NCBI RefSeq assembly: GCF_006345805.1
Contig: NC_042999.1
Coordinates: 59,768,001 to 59,832,000, forward strand
Reading direction: 5' to 3'
DNA length: 64,000 nt
Source: Octopus sinensis
Taxonomy: Eukaryota
Shown here: positions 39,000 to 52,427 of the stretch, one piece after another
Position numbering within the stretch: the first letter of the stretch is position 1
How the letters are laid out: each line of letters begins with the position of its first letter
Translations under genes and position numbers: made by a program
The notes under the pieces: model-generated
Databases searched by the model: none
Seen by the model: the letters and a program-made list of their open reading frames with translations, nothing else
Told to the model about the DNA's origin: nothing

Positions 39000-39632
39000 A
39001 GTTACCTTCTTAATCATACCGACTCATAACAGCCAGTTTCCTATTTTCCATGACACATAAATTCCTCACCTGGATGGGACACCAGTCCCTCACAGGATTA
39101 CTCACTTTTGCCAGCTGAGTGGACTGGAGCATTGTGAAATGAAGTGTTTTGCTCAAGAATACAATGCATCGCCTGGCCCAGGAATTGAAACCACAACCAT
39201 ATGATCATGAGTACAACGCCGTAGCCACTAAGCCACAGATGGAGCGTATGGGGATATATTCATGCTTGATGAGGTCCCTTAAGGATATACCCCAAAATGA
39301 ATGGGAGAGCGAGGGTTGATAAAGATTAGAAGGTGCAACTATAGGCTGAGTGTGGAGGCACATGGCCTAGTGGTTAGAGCAGCAGACTTGCGGTCGAGGG
39401 ATCACAGGTTCAAATCTCAGACTGGATGATGTGTGTATTTATGAGCGGCTCCGGCAGAAGGTAATGGCGAACTTCTGCTGACTCTTTCACCACTACTTTC
39501 TCTCACTCTTTCCTCCTGCATCTTTGCAGCTCACCTGCGATGGACCGACGTCCCGTCCAGGTGGGGAACCTATACGCTAAAGGAAACTGGGAAACCGGCT
39601 CTTATGAGCCGGGGATGGCTCGAGAAGGAACA
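39000..39632. mobile_element. Two tRNA-derived SINEs in divergent orientation (39000-39238 -, 39352-39632 +)
   Basis: A- and B-box-like heads and a shared TGGATGGGACACCAGTC / GACCGACGTCCCGTCCAGG domain. Confidence 0.7.
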
Positions 39633-40957
39633 TTCATAAAGGCTTAGTGCATGAACTGAATGTATATTTGATGATGTTTATTAAACTTCAGGATGGGTCA
39701 GAAAGTGAAAGTGATAAGGGTAAGAGAGTGGGGCTGTTGGTTAGGTCAGATAGGTGCAATGGTGGTAAAAATAGTAACTGCTGCAATAATAGCTCCATTA
39801 TAAATTGTCACATGCCCTGAATAATGAAGTTACAATATTAAAAAATATTTTCATGTTCTGCATCAGTCTATATATATATTGTGACTTGATTCTAAAATTG
39901 AAGCTTTGACAAGCTTTGTTTATGAAGTGCTCTTTTGTTTGTGCATTACAATGGGGAAATTAAAAATATTGATACATTTCCATATAACATTCGTGGACAA
40001 GTTTTTCGTAATGTCTATAAATAACATACATGTCTATTTATATAAAAAAACCACTATAATGCTTTGACTGAAACGTGATTCTCTGACCTGTCAATGAGGA
40101 CAGCAACTCCGAATGAGAAATAATTCTGAATATGAACTAAAAGCAATGATGATAATGAGAATAACTTCCACTAATCCAGCATTTAGACAAGTAGTTCCCA
40201 AACAGTGTGCCCCAAGGAGTATTTAAGGAGTCCATGGATTTTTAAAAATACAATTTAAGGCATTAGAAAATAATAATGGTTGTGAGTTTGGGTATTCATA
40301 ATTTTGCTTTTAACACAAATACAATTAATATAAGGTAAGCCATAGCTTTCTATATTTTTTCCTAGATTTTTAACTTTAAAACGCATTTTCTTTTTAAACC
40401 CTCCATGGGAAATGAACCTTTATTGATATACAGGGAACTCATTAAAGATATTTTGTTTTTTCTACTGTATCCTTTTCTTAAGACAGCTGAGTGTGGTTCG
40501 GGAGCAATTTCGTTGCTATTTCTAGCAGGCCAAGAAATTATACAGAAGCCTACTGTTGGTTTTGTAGAAACAGTTACAATAACTATAGCAGAAATAGGGC
40601 TTGTGTTATATCACTATTGTAAGGAGAATAGTTTCTTGATATTGTTTCACCTGTTGTTTATGGGTCCTGGATAGGCTTCAATGATGATGCAATGATTGAA
40701 ATAGCACTAAGCATTTTGTCCGGTATGCTAACAATTCTGCCAGCTTGCCACCTTCAATAATAATAATAATAATAATAACAGTAATGATGACATGGAAGTA
40801 TGAATAATGTTAATAAATAGAAATGAATGTTTTATAGGAAGAATGAGAAATAATTTTAGTTATAAAGGTTACAATATTATGATATAAAGATATGAAGAGC
40901 AAGTGTATGAACTCAGTTATATTCTAGGATATTCGCTTTTGAATTTGTGTCTTGTGC

Positions 40958-41348
40958 CCCATGCTAGTAGGGTGCTACCATCTGAGCATGATTGTTGCCA
41001 GAGCGGTTAACTGGCTTCCGTGCCGGTGGCATGTAGGAGGCACCATTCGAGCGGGATCGTTACCAGCATCGCCTTACTGGCACCTGTGCTGTTTGCATGT
41101 GTAAAAAAAGATTCAAGTGAGGTCATTGCCAGTGCCGCCTGACTGGCTCCCTTGCTGGTGGCACGTAAAAGCACCTACTACACTCTCGGAGTGGTTGGCA
41201 TTAGGAAGGGCATCCAGCTGTAGAAACTCTGCCAGATCAAGACTGGAGCCTGGTGCAGCCATCTGGTTCGCCAGCCCACAGTCAAACTGTCCAACCCATG
41301 CTAGCATGGAAAGCAGACGTTAAACGATGATGATGATGAGGATGATGA
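40958..41348 (+). mobile_element. RTE 3' UTR copy with (GAT)n tail
   Basis: Same modules as 9097-9570; the tail is followed by (TA)n. Confidence 0.87.
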
Positions 41349-41710
41349 TATATATATATATATATATATATACAGCTGTAAGACCTTCTATCTGTAAATG
41401 TTCTAAAATCTACACAGCCTTGGTTTTTTTATCTCATTAAGAAAAAAAATCTTTATATACACATGCTGACATATGACCAACGTTGTGGACCCCTTATTCG
41501 CATAATCACCGAACCTGGGACTTAACTAGGGTCTATCCATAGCACTTATTCAGTATTACCTGACACCTTTGGGTCTCAATGACACCATTACCTCTCATAA
41601 TCTCTATATGTGTGTGTGTGTGTGAATTGTCTACACATACACACTCACACACATATGCAGACAAATATACATTCTGTTATCATTTTATGAAGTTAGTACT
41701 TCTTTAAAAT

Positions 41711-41943
41711 CATCATCATCATCATCATCATCATTTAGCGTCCGTTTTCCATGCTAGCATGGGTTGGACGGTTCTACTGGGGTCTGTGAAGCCAGAAGGC
41801 TTCATTAGGCCCAGTCAAATCTGGCAGTGTTTCTACGGCTGGATGCCCTTCCTAACGCCAACCACTCCGTGAGTGTAGTGGGTGCTTTTTACGTGCCACC
41901 CGCACTGGTGCCAGACAGAGCTGGCAAACGGCCACGAAACGGG
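41711..41943 (-). mobile_element. RTE 3'-end copy
   Basis: CATCATCATTTAGCGTCCGTTTTCCATGCTAGC, matching the long RTE tail junction at 52445-52480. Confidence 0.88.
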
Positions 41944-42212
41944 ATGTATCTAAATATTTATTTATATATGCATTTAAATGAAGCTTTAATGTTTTGCCTC
42001 ATATCCTGTTGGCAATGTTTTTCCATTCATTCTGTGAGCTAAACGCTTAAATTACTGAGTATCTTGCTGTATATATTTGTGTGTGTGAGTGTGTGTGTGT
42101 GTGTGTGTGTGTATGTGAGTTAAACTATCATCTTGGTGATACGCATGTATACAAAAGGCAAGTTCCACTGCTTCTAATTACCAATATGCATACAACATAC
42201 ATACATACATAC

Positions 42213-42253
<41 letters not shown>

Positions 42254-42489
42254 TTCAGCAAAATAGGATAAGAATGTGCATTGTCCGTTTAATTAGAAAC
42301 TTCTATAAGTGGCTGAAGATTGGTCGACATTTTAAAACTGATGTAATACTTACAGTGTTTTTATAAAATGAAGTAGCATGGAACAATTGTACTTCTCTAC
42401 CTTGGATATACTTGTTGCTTATTTTGATTATAATCATCCCATTTGATTTATATGGATAATACCATACAAAATTCTAGTGCCTTTATATA

Positions 42490-42526
<37 letters not shown>

Positions 42527-43388
42527 TCACACACATGTCTCTATATACATGTATATATGTGTGTGTGTGTATTTGTAAATAAACTAATGGCTATCAGGAA
42601 AGTGATGCAGACATTCATAAACAGATGCCTTACGAGAATACTCTCAAGAATTCCGAATATCTTTCTGCAATGGCTGAGTGTGGGAACACGTATAATGACT
42701 TCCTGCTGATGTGCAAATCAACAGAAGATAGAAATAGGTTTTGACAGGCGTTAAGGAAATCTGCTTGCGGCACTAACTAAAGGAGTCCTCGATGTGGATG
42801 CGGTTGCTAAGGAACTCAGATGACGCTCATATTAAAAATACCCAAAAAAATAAAACAAGGAAGCAAGAGAAAACTATAGAATATAACAAATATTAATATC
42901 GGTAAAACTACAAACTTAATGAGACAGAAAGAGTGGGTCTACTGCGCTGTAGGGCAACTAATGAGGGTTGGAGGAAACCCCTATGTGGTCACACAGATTG
43001 TCAGAAATGGTAGCCGGGTCTCTCTCAGAAATCATACTTAATTATGTTTTTCTGAAATTGAAGTGTATATGAACATGTTAGATATAGAATATGTCTGGAA
43101 AAGACTGGATGGCCATAACTAGTAAGGGTTTTGCTCAGAAGACTGTGTGATCTGTGTTGGCTAGTGAGAGAGCGGGTGGAGAGAGAGAGAGAGATAGTAA
43201 CTCTTGGTGGTTCAGAAATGAAATTCTTGTTTACAGAGGTTTGGTGCTCTAATTCTTGTTTACATAGGTTTGGTGCTCTTAGCAGTGATGGTCGTTATAA
43301 TCAGGGTGATCATTAATTGCTTTTACGTATTCTCTTATTCTTTTAATATAGAAATATTAGATATTAACATTTACTTTAATACAACCTA

Positions 43389-43423
<35 letters not shown>

Positions 43424-43752
43424 ATTCATATAATTATTATTGACTGTTTATTTGAAGTTCTGGTATTAAAACTGGCTTCTCAAAATCTATTATTTCGATT
43501 CTATGTGCAGTGTGTGAGTCCTGCTTTCAGTGCATGTTTAGTGTATAAACTATACAAATGTATGTAAAAGCATTTCTGTATCAACACACACACCCACACA
43601 CACATAGTTGGAAAGGTTAAGAGATATCACACAAATGCATATATATATATATATATATATATAAATATGGATAAGCTCGTTAATTTAATTATCGATCTTA
43701 TTGAGTGGCCAGCATGGAAATTAAAACCTTCAAAGGTGATAATTATTATTAA

Positions 43753-43903
43753 AATTATAATTTAGGGTATCCAAGAGATACCTCCACACTGGAAATAGCA
43801 GCCAAAACTTGACTCTAAAACAACATTGAATGTGGTTTTAGAGTCAAGTTTTGGCTGCTATTTCCATTGTGGAGGTAACTCTTAGATACCCTAAATTATA
43901 ATT
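43753..43903. repeat. 151-bp near-perfect hairpin (MITE-like)
   Basis: AATTATAATTTAGGGTATC..GACTCTAAAACAACA-ttgaa-TGTGGTTTTAGAGTC..GATACCCTAAATTATAATT. Confidence 0.9.
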
Positions 43904-44084
43904 ATATATATGTATATATATATATCTGCGATGACTTTTCTGATGATCTTTTTGGTAAGCAGTGTCAGTTTTACGATTCTGTAAATAATAATATGTGCCT
44001 CAATATTGGACTATTTACCTTAGTCAATGCATAGTGATCGCTTATAAGCTTTAAGCTTATAAAATATTATCAACATATGTATAT

Positions 44085-44292
44085 ATACTCTTTTACTTGT
44101 TTCAGTCATTTGACTGTGGCCATGCTGGAGCACCGCCTTTAGTCGAGGAAATCGACCCCGGGACTTAATCTTTGTAAGCCCAGTACTTATTCTATCGGTC
44201 TCTTTTGCCAAACCGCTAAGCGACGGGGACGTAAACACACCAGCATCGGTTGTCAAGCAATGCTAGAGAGACAAACACAGACACACAAACAC

Positions 44293-44333
<41 letters not shown>

Positions 44334-44478
44334 ACAGGCTTCTTTCAGTTTCCGTCTACCAAAACCACTCACAAGGCATTGGTTGGCCCGAGGCTATAGT
44401 AGAAGACACTTGCCCAAGGTACCACGCAGTGGGACTGAACCCGGAACCATGTGGTTGGTTAGCAAGCTACTTACCACA
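44085..44478 (-). mobile_element. Composite SINE family A
   Basis: Tail, internal (CA)/(TA) tract and head truncated at CTACTTACCACA. Confidence 0.88.
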
Positions 44479-44640
44479 TGGACATCATAAGAGTTTATAA
44501 ACTTTCAAGAGAATGTGAAGCAGTTCTTTTTTTTGTAACAGTTTTTTTTTCTTTGTAACAGTGAATCACATAAATCTCGAAATACTATAAGCCCATGGGA
44601 CTCGAACCCCCATCTCTTGTAGACATGCATACAGGACACA

Positions 44641-44679
<39 letters not shown>

Positions 44680-45104
44680 ACACACACACACGTCCTCACA
44701 AACCACGGATATGTATACTCTTTTCTTCATTTAATAAATTTCTATTACATACATGCACACACAATCATTTCAAATTTGCTGACCAATGTTTAATTTGCAT
44801 GCAAGCATTCACATACGTATGCAAGTTTCTTTACACACACACACACACATTCAAAATTTTTTCTTTTTTTATATAAAAACACTCGTCATGTGACCCATCC
44901 ATAGCGTTCTCTTTCTCTTTCCAATTCCATGTAAAATGATTCATCATAATTGCTTAGCGATATTAAAGTATTATTCTTTATTTATTTTTATTTTTTTTCC
45001 ATTTTCATTTTTTTTTTTTTTTTTGCTATATCTCTCGCTGCATATAAATTTATGTATAATTGTTGTGCGGTATTTGTTTTCTATCTTCTGTGAATGCTGA
45101 CCAA

Positions 45105-45240
45105 AGTATTACTTTTGGCACAGCTGAAGCACGACGGCACCGAATCTGGGACAGAAGCAGAAGACGAAAAAGCCGCACGTCTTGAATATCGGACATTATC
45201 AGCCGGAAATCGTAGGTACCCCCCATCATTGATGTCTGTC
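45105..45240. other. CpG-rich unique segment; possible host-gene exon, strand unresolved
   Basis: Non-repetitive, with retained CpGs. There are open frames and plausible splice sites on both strands, but no recognisable protein. Confidence 0.3.
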
Positions 45241-45544
45241 GTTAGTCGAAGTCAGTGTATGCAGTTGTTCTTGGCAAGTGAAGTGTTTGTTGTTGTTGTT
45301 GTTGTTGCTGTTGTTGTCGTTGTTGTTATTGTAGTTTTGTTGTTGTTTTTTGTTGTTATTACTTACCACATTTATTTTTGTTGTTGTTTTCTTTGTTCTT
45401 TTCTTTTTACTTTTTTTCTTTTATTTGCTGATGCCTGTGTTGTTACGTAACATTATCCTCATCATCATCATCATCACCATTATTATTATTATTATTATTA
45501 TTATTATCATTATTATTATCATTATCATTATTATTATTGTTATT

Positions 45545-45604
<60 letters not shown>

Positions 45605-45820
45605 GGCAGTGAGTTGGCAGAATTGTTAGCACACTGGGCAAAATGCTTAATGGCATTTCAACCGGCCTTATGTTCTGAGTTCAAATTCTGCTGAGGTCGA
45701 CTTTGCTTTTCACCCTTTCGGTGTAGATAAATTAAGTACTCGTGAAACACTGAGGTTAATGTAATCAACGAATCCCCTCCCCCAAAATTTCACACCTTGT
45801 GCCTTTCGTAAAAAGGATTA
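45605..45820 (+). mobile_element. SINE family B between (ATT)n tracts
   Basis: GAGTTGGCAGAATTGTTAGCAC..GAGTTCAAATTCTGCTGAGGTCGACTTTGC. Confidence 0.85.
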
Positions 45821-45909
45821 TTATTATTATTATTATTATCATAAGGGCAGTTGATTAGCAGAATTTATAGAATGCCATTCAAAACATCCAGCCTTTTCTG
45901 TTCTGAATT

Positions 45910-45956
<47 letters not shown>

Positions 45957-47763
45957 CTTGCCAGAGAAGACTTAAGTTGTGACCCTTCTAGCATTAATAA
46001 AATAAGTACCAGTCATGTACTTGGGAAAGATGTATCTGATTATATCATTCCCAATTGTGACTTTGTCACAGCATAAGAAATCCCTCATCATCATCATCAT
46101 CATTATTATCATTATCATTATCATCATCATTATTATTATATTATTATTATTATTATTATTATTGTTACTATTATTATTATTTGGATTGGCAGGTATTGTT
46201 AGAATCTCAGAAGAAAAAAAGGAAAAAAGTTTCTCGTGGTATTTGTTCTACCTCTTTACATTCTGTGTTCAAATTCCGCTGAGGTCCATTATAACCTATA
46301 TCCTTTCCAAGTCAATAAAGTATCGGTCAAACATTGGGGACAGAAGAATCAGGTAACCGCCTCCCCTGAAAATTTGGCCTTGTAACTTAAGTCATAAACC
46401 CTTATTATAACCATTGTCTCTTATATGGAGGGTAAACTCTATGCCTCAAATTGGTTTTGAGACCCAGTTTCAAATCCATGTTATGACTGCCCGTTGCCCT
46501 TGAGGATGTCACGTGTCATAGTTCTTGTTCATTATAAACCAAACATTTCAGTTTTAATTAAGAAATTATAATTGTACTCATTACCCTTTTTTTTTTTGTT
46601 TAATGGCATTCATTTTCATTTGTATTTATCATTATGGTGTATATATTTGCATGGATGTGGATGCATAGGGACATGGGACAGGCTGTGTAGGGAAGCAAGG
46701 TAGGCAGCACCTATTATAATGTAAATGATTTCCATTTCATTATAAAATGTTACTAATTTTATGCATGGATTTCAGTAAAGGAAATATATTTTGATGTTCA
46801 ACAAGCAGAATTTCTCTTAAGATATATAAAGGTGTGTGTGTGTGTGTGTGCGTGTGTGTGTGTGTACATACTAACTGTTGTCAATATTAAATAAACCTGT
46901 GAGTTCAGATCCAGAATACATTAAACATTGTGCCATAAAGACGGAATGATAGCTGCTTTTTGTTCAGTATCATTGGATTCAGGTATGAGTATGTGGTTGT
47001 ACGTGTGTATGTATGTATGCATTTGTGTGTGTGTGTGTTTGTATGTATGTATGTATGCATTCGTGTGTGTGTGTGTTTGTATGTGTGTGTGTGTTTGTAT
47101 GTGTGTGTGTGTGAACGTATATATGTTTGTATAGAGCAGGAGAGAGAGGGAGTTCTTTACTGGATCTCTCATTATTCCCTCCTGCAACACTCTCTAACTC
47201 CACTATGTTTCTACCATCGTACACTTATTCTGCCTCAGATTTCTGTCATCTACCAAGCTGGGGCCCTACCTTGAAGTATTTTAATGAGATGAATTCACCC
47301 CAGTTCTTTTCTTGTTTTTAAACTTGGTGCTTATTCTATTGGCCCTCTTTTGCTGAACTGCTAAGTTACATATATATATACATATATATAAGAATTTTTT
47401 GCGTAACAGCATCAACAACAGCAACAACACAAGAATTCTCCAGCCATTGAAAGTGACCCTACATGGTCACTTGACTTGCTAGAAATAGCAGCCAAATCTT
47501 CCTCTAACTGTACCCTATTAACATATTGGATAATATAGTCTTTGGTACTGATTACACGTAATAAGATAAAAAAACCAAGGCTGGTTTTTCTTATGTACAC
47601 ACGCTGACATAGAGCCAACATTGAGCCCTTTATTTGCAATATTACCAAATCTGGAACTTAACTATGGTCTGTCTATAGCACTTATTCAGCATTACCTGAC
47701 ACCTTTGGGTCTCAATGACACCATTATCTCTTATATATAACATAACGTATATCTATATATATA

Positions 47764-47830
<67 letters not shown>

Positions 47831-47831
47831 G

Positions 47832-47869
<38 letters not shown>

Positions 47870-47988
47870 TATATATATATGTATTATATATATATGTATA
47901 TATATATATGTATATATACATATGTATATATATATATATGTATATATATGTGTATATATATATGTGTATATATATATGTGTATATATG

Positions 47989-48021
<33 letters not shown>

Positions 48022-48849
48022 GTATATATATATATGTATATATATACATATATTATATATATATATATGTATATAAATATATATATGTATATAAATATAT
48101 ATACATACATACATCCTCACAAACATAAACATGTTGTTTTCATAATATTTTTATAAATTGTCTCATTGTAATAACACCTGTTGCTGACAATTTACCATGT
48201 ACTTTTGACAATTTACCTAATCAATGCCTACTGCCTACCCTAAGTATTTACTCACAGCATGTGCCTGCTATGTGTATTTCAGTTGGTTTCAGTGTCCTTG
48301 TGCATAAGGCAGAGCGTCACCTCCGCCAACTCCTCTTAGCTGTTGTTATTTGATTAAACTGCTGTGTGCCAGTTTGGTACTGTCGAAGTGGTGGAGGTGG
48401 TGGCAGTGGGTGGAGGTGGTGGCGGTGGGTGGAGGTCTGTCTGCATAGAGCTGTTGGAGGGAAGTCTGTCTGAAAGAGACCTGGAATATGGTGCATGAAT
48501 GTAAGAATATATTTTCGCTCTGATTTGAATATAGATATCAACATATTGCACTTGGCATTGGTTCAATATGAAGTAAGCTTGTGGAACAGAAGCGCATCAA
48601 CAACAGCAACAACAACAGCACAAGAATTCTCCAGCCATTGAAAAGTGACCCTCCATTGTCACTTGACTTGCTAGAAATAGCAGCCAAATCTTCCTCTAAT
48701 TGTACCCTATTAACATATTGGATAATATAGTCCTTGGTACTGATAAAAAGACAGGTTGGTCATGGTTGAAATGCTTTTGCTCACAGATTTTCTTGGTTTG
48801 AATCACCACCCAAGAGGTGAAGAAGATCCATAAGAGGAATTCTTCCATT

Positions 48850-49072
48850 GTTTGGTGGCTGTGGTGAAAGAGGTTGTTTGTTAGACAAGGCTGAAAGGCA
48901 TGAGAACAGATACATTCCTCTGTGGTAGAGCTCTCTCATTGACGTCTTCAAGTTTCATTTGAAAAGGAAACTGAGAGTGGATGGAGAGTGAAGTGCTGTC
49001 TTTGAGTGAGTTTATTGAAAGATGAGTGAAAGTTGTGAAAATGGCAAGAGTGGATGGACTGTGAGTTTGAGA
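48850..49072 (+). pseudogene. Probable L1/Tx1-type ORF2 C-terminal remnant
   Basis: LVAVVKEVV(*)TRLKG..(fs)..FKFHLKRKLRV..EFIER(*)..; resembles the post-zinc-finger tail of L1/Tx1 ORF2. Judged by eye. Confidence 0.4.
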
Positions 49073-49709
49073 GAAAGAATTGGAGAGTGCACTTGCTCCT
49101 GGGGTTTCAGGAAAATCTTGGACAGTGGAGTTCCTCGATTATCCCTAGAGGCCTTCCTGTATTAGGAAGGCCGCATCTCTTTCCTCCTCCACACCCCTTA
49201 TATTTTTAACCTTTGTATGCTATGCATATGTCTCTTCTTTTTTCAGTGTATACTGTATATATAAAAGGCATGATGCGTGTGTGTATATGTGAATGTAATT
49301 TATGCATGTCCACAAATTAGCACACATGTTGCTCCAAATTTAGGAGGGCATTCGTCATGATCCTTGCTGTGTTTTCGTCAACTTATTTTTACCAGAGGCA
49401 CCAGCAAATAGCAGCAAAAATTAATTTTCTACCAAAACTTTTAACAATTTTCAAGTTGGAGAAATCACCATTGTTTGCAAACAGGAGTTAAGTCCCCTTC
49501 TAGTGACGAGTAAGTTTTTGTTAAGACTTTTGTTGTTTTTTTTTCCATGGAGGTAAAAAGTGTTTTGTTGATATACAGGCAAGACACACACACACACACG
49601 AGCATGTATGCATACAAAAAACATGCATGCAATAGGTGTACATATGTACGTGTGTGCATGTGTGTGTGTGTGTGTTGCCCATACATATACATATACATAT
49701 ATATAAACC

Positions 49710-49829
49710 AATTTAAACGGATTTCGCCCAAATTTGAGATCGATGCTGCTTAGTTTGGTTTGAAATAAAGAACTTGATTAGTTTAATAATCCTAATTTAA
49801 TCCTGGGCAAAGCTGGGTTATACTGCTAG
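49710..49829 (+). mobile_element. Helitron 3' end fragment
   Basis: CCTGGGCAAAGCTGGGTTATACTG-CTAG|T, homologous to the 3' end of the Helitron at 16153. Confidence 0.6.
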
Positions 49830-49840
49830 TTATTATTATA

Positions 49841-49871
<31 letters not shown>

Positions 49872-50392
49872 TTTAATAGTTTAATTAGAAATGCTGTGCT
49901 CAAGGCCCTTTACTGAGTTTTATTTAAGACTGCAGGATAGAAGGGAGTCGTTCACTAACTAGAAGCCTAGCTTGCTGGAAGCACACTATGGTGGTGTCAA
50001 ACCAGGCCCTGGGTTAACTTTACCACTCAGTGCTATTTTCATTGTTACTTCATTATTTAGCAGTGGTCTTTTATCTCCTGGTTCTGGATTAAAAATTTAT
50101 TGAAACCAGATTGATATCAAACACTCTCTGCTTCTTTAAACATAAAATTGCTGCCATGGATGGCATTGTGGTCATTAGGAAATTCATATATTTGGACATT
50201 GTTCTTCTCTCTTTGACCAGTTTCATCTGGTTGATATTTTTGCATCTGATAACCTGGAGTTAAAAGGTTTCGTTTGTTGTTATTGCTTCTGTGAGTGGTG
50301 GATACCTGATATAAAGGATTAATAACCTACCTGGCATAAACCATTAAAAGGATATCTAACTCTGGAGATTAAGCTTAATATATAATAAATAC

Positions 50393-50801
50393 AGTAGTTG
50401 TATACTGTCAACTTAATGTGACAGTCCCAAGAAGGGAATAATACTACTGCTATTTAGCCCTAGGAAGCAGCAACACTTCCTGTGGGCCTTAACACATTTC
50501 CTGTGTCCTTATGTTTGCAAGGGAGAGATAAGCACCACCACCCAGCTAAGCCTGCATTCAGAGACTAGTTTCTGAGTCTTTGCTCGTCTTCAGTCTGGAG
50601 TAGCATGGCTTGCTAGTTGGAGATGCCTATCTAGCCCTTGTAAACATATAATTATTCTAGTGAAATATGTTCACTGATTTCAGAAGGACACAGGAAATGT
50701 GTCAAGGCCGACAGAAAGCAGTGCTGCTTCCTAGGGCTAAATAGCAGTAGCATTATTCCCTTGATGGGACTGTCACATTAAGTTGACAGCACACAATTAC
50801 T
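50393..50801. mobile_element. MITE-like element with about 117-bp inverted arms
   Basis: GTAGTTGTATACTGTCAACTTAATGTGACAGTCCC..CTGTGTCCTT versus AAGGACACAG..GGGACTGTCACATTAAGTTGACAGCACACAATTAC. Confidence 0.85.
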
Positions 50802-51350
50802 TTATCATACCACTACTGCATAAATCTCTCTGAAAGATTTAGAAATGTATTATTACTAATAAATGCAGTTTTGCAATTATTTAGAACCTTCCCATTGTGA
50901 TATTTCAAATGAAATACACAGCTTACGTATTCCTCTTATCTATTAATTAATAGATAATAATAAAGATTTTAGCTGGATTTAGTAAACTAACAGCTCTGTG
51001 ATTAAGAATCTGGTTGCTTGGAATACAATTTGGAAAGTTCTTACATGACACTAAGATGTATTTTAATTTAAATATAATCACCTCAAATTAGAAATAGTAG
51101 TTATTTTTGTTGTATCATGGGTTATTTTCTGTATATAATTATTTGTTTTTTTTTTTTCTCAATCATCACCATCATTATTTTAGGTCTGCTTTCCATACTG
51201 GCATGGGTTGGATAGTTTTACAGGAGCTGGCTAGGTAGAAAACTGCACCATGCTTTGCTGTCTGTTTGGATGCTAGTTTATTTACATCTCTGTAACTTAG
51301 CAGTTCAGCAATATAAACCAATAAAATCAATACTAGACTTCTAAAAAAAA

Positions 51351-51866
51351 GTACCGTAAATCCTCAAGTATAATTCGCATTTTTCCCCCAAAATTTAAAG
51401 GTCAAAATCGCTAGTGTGTATTATATACGAGGTTGAAAATGAAAAATATTTTCTAAGCAATGTCCAAGTCTCTATTTTCTGTCCGGCAATGTTTAGTCAG
51501 ACACATTTTGTGATGTCGGGCACGAAAATCCCTTAAGCTAAGCCTGAAAGCAATGAAGTCATAAAAGAATCATCCATAACTTGCAGTAAGCAACATTTAT
51601 TAAACGTTATTACTGTTATTTCTTTATTTTCTGCAAACAAAATGCACGAAAAAGCTATACGTTTGCATCATGTTATATATACAATAATAATAAAGGACAT
51701 TATCGTATACATTTTTACAAACCAAGGACGTTATATAGACCTCCTTGACTCAAGTTAGAGAAGGGGTGCGTATTATACACAAGGTTTAGGTTTTTCAGAG
51801 GTACAGCCCCCTAAAAATCCCCTGCGTATTATACTCAAGGGCGGACTATACTCAAGGATTTAAGAC
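51351..51866. mobile_element. Non-autonomous pogo/Tc2-like DNA transposon
   Basis: Degenerate TIRs TACCGTAAATCCTCAAGTATAATTCGC and GCGGACTATACTCAAGGATTTAAG, with subterminal GCGTATTATAC repeats. Confidence 0.55.
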
Positions 51867-52427
51867 ACTAGGATCGATTTGTTTGACTAAAATCCTTCGA
51901 GGAAGTGTACCAGCATGGCAGCAGTTCATTGAGTGAAACAAGTCAAATATAAAAAGATTAAAGATGAACTGAATTTTTCTCGTGATTGTAGATGAGTGTT
52001 CATTGTTTTTATTTTCAAAACTGGTTTGTAAAAATAAATGCAAGCCTTGCTGGCCTTCATTTATATGCAAAAGATACAGCTCTTACATAATGGCCAGTTA
52101 TTTTATTATTTATTTCCGGTTTTTTTTTCCCAATATATTTAATGGTATTTGCATTTCAATGGGATAAACACAATGCAAATATCTGAAACAGCTGTTTAGA
52201 AAGTTATTTCGTGCGTGCGTGTGTGTGTGTGACTGTTTGTGTGTGTGTGTGCATGCGTGCATTAGTGTACTTATATGTATGTGTGTGTACATGTATATGT
52301 ATGTTTGTGTATATATATATATATATATATGATGATGATATATATATGTATATGTATGTATATATATATATATATATGTATCTATAGGCATGTATATATT
52401 TGCATGTATGCATTTTTATATATATAT

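Noticed and set aside
45170-45230. GGYLRF resembling an RFamide neuropeptide
   Set aside because: It is followed by Pro rather than Gly-Lys/Arg, and there are no dibasic sites or signal peptide.
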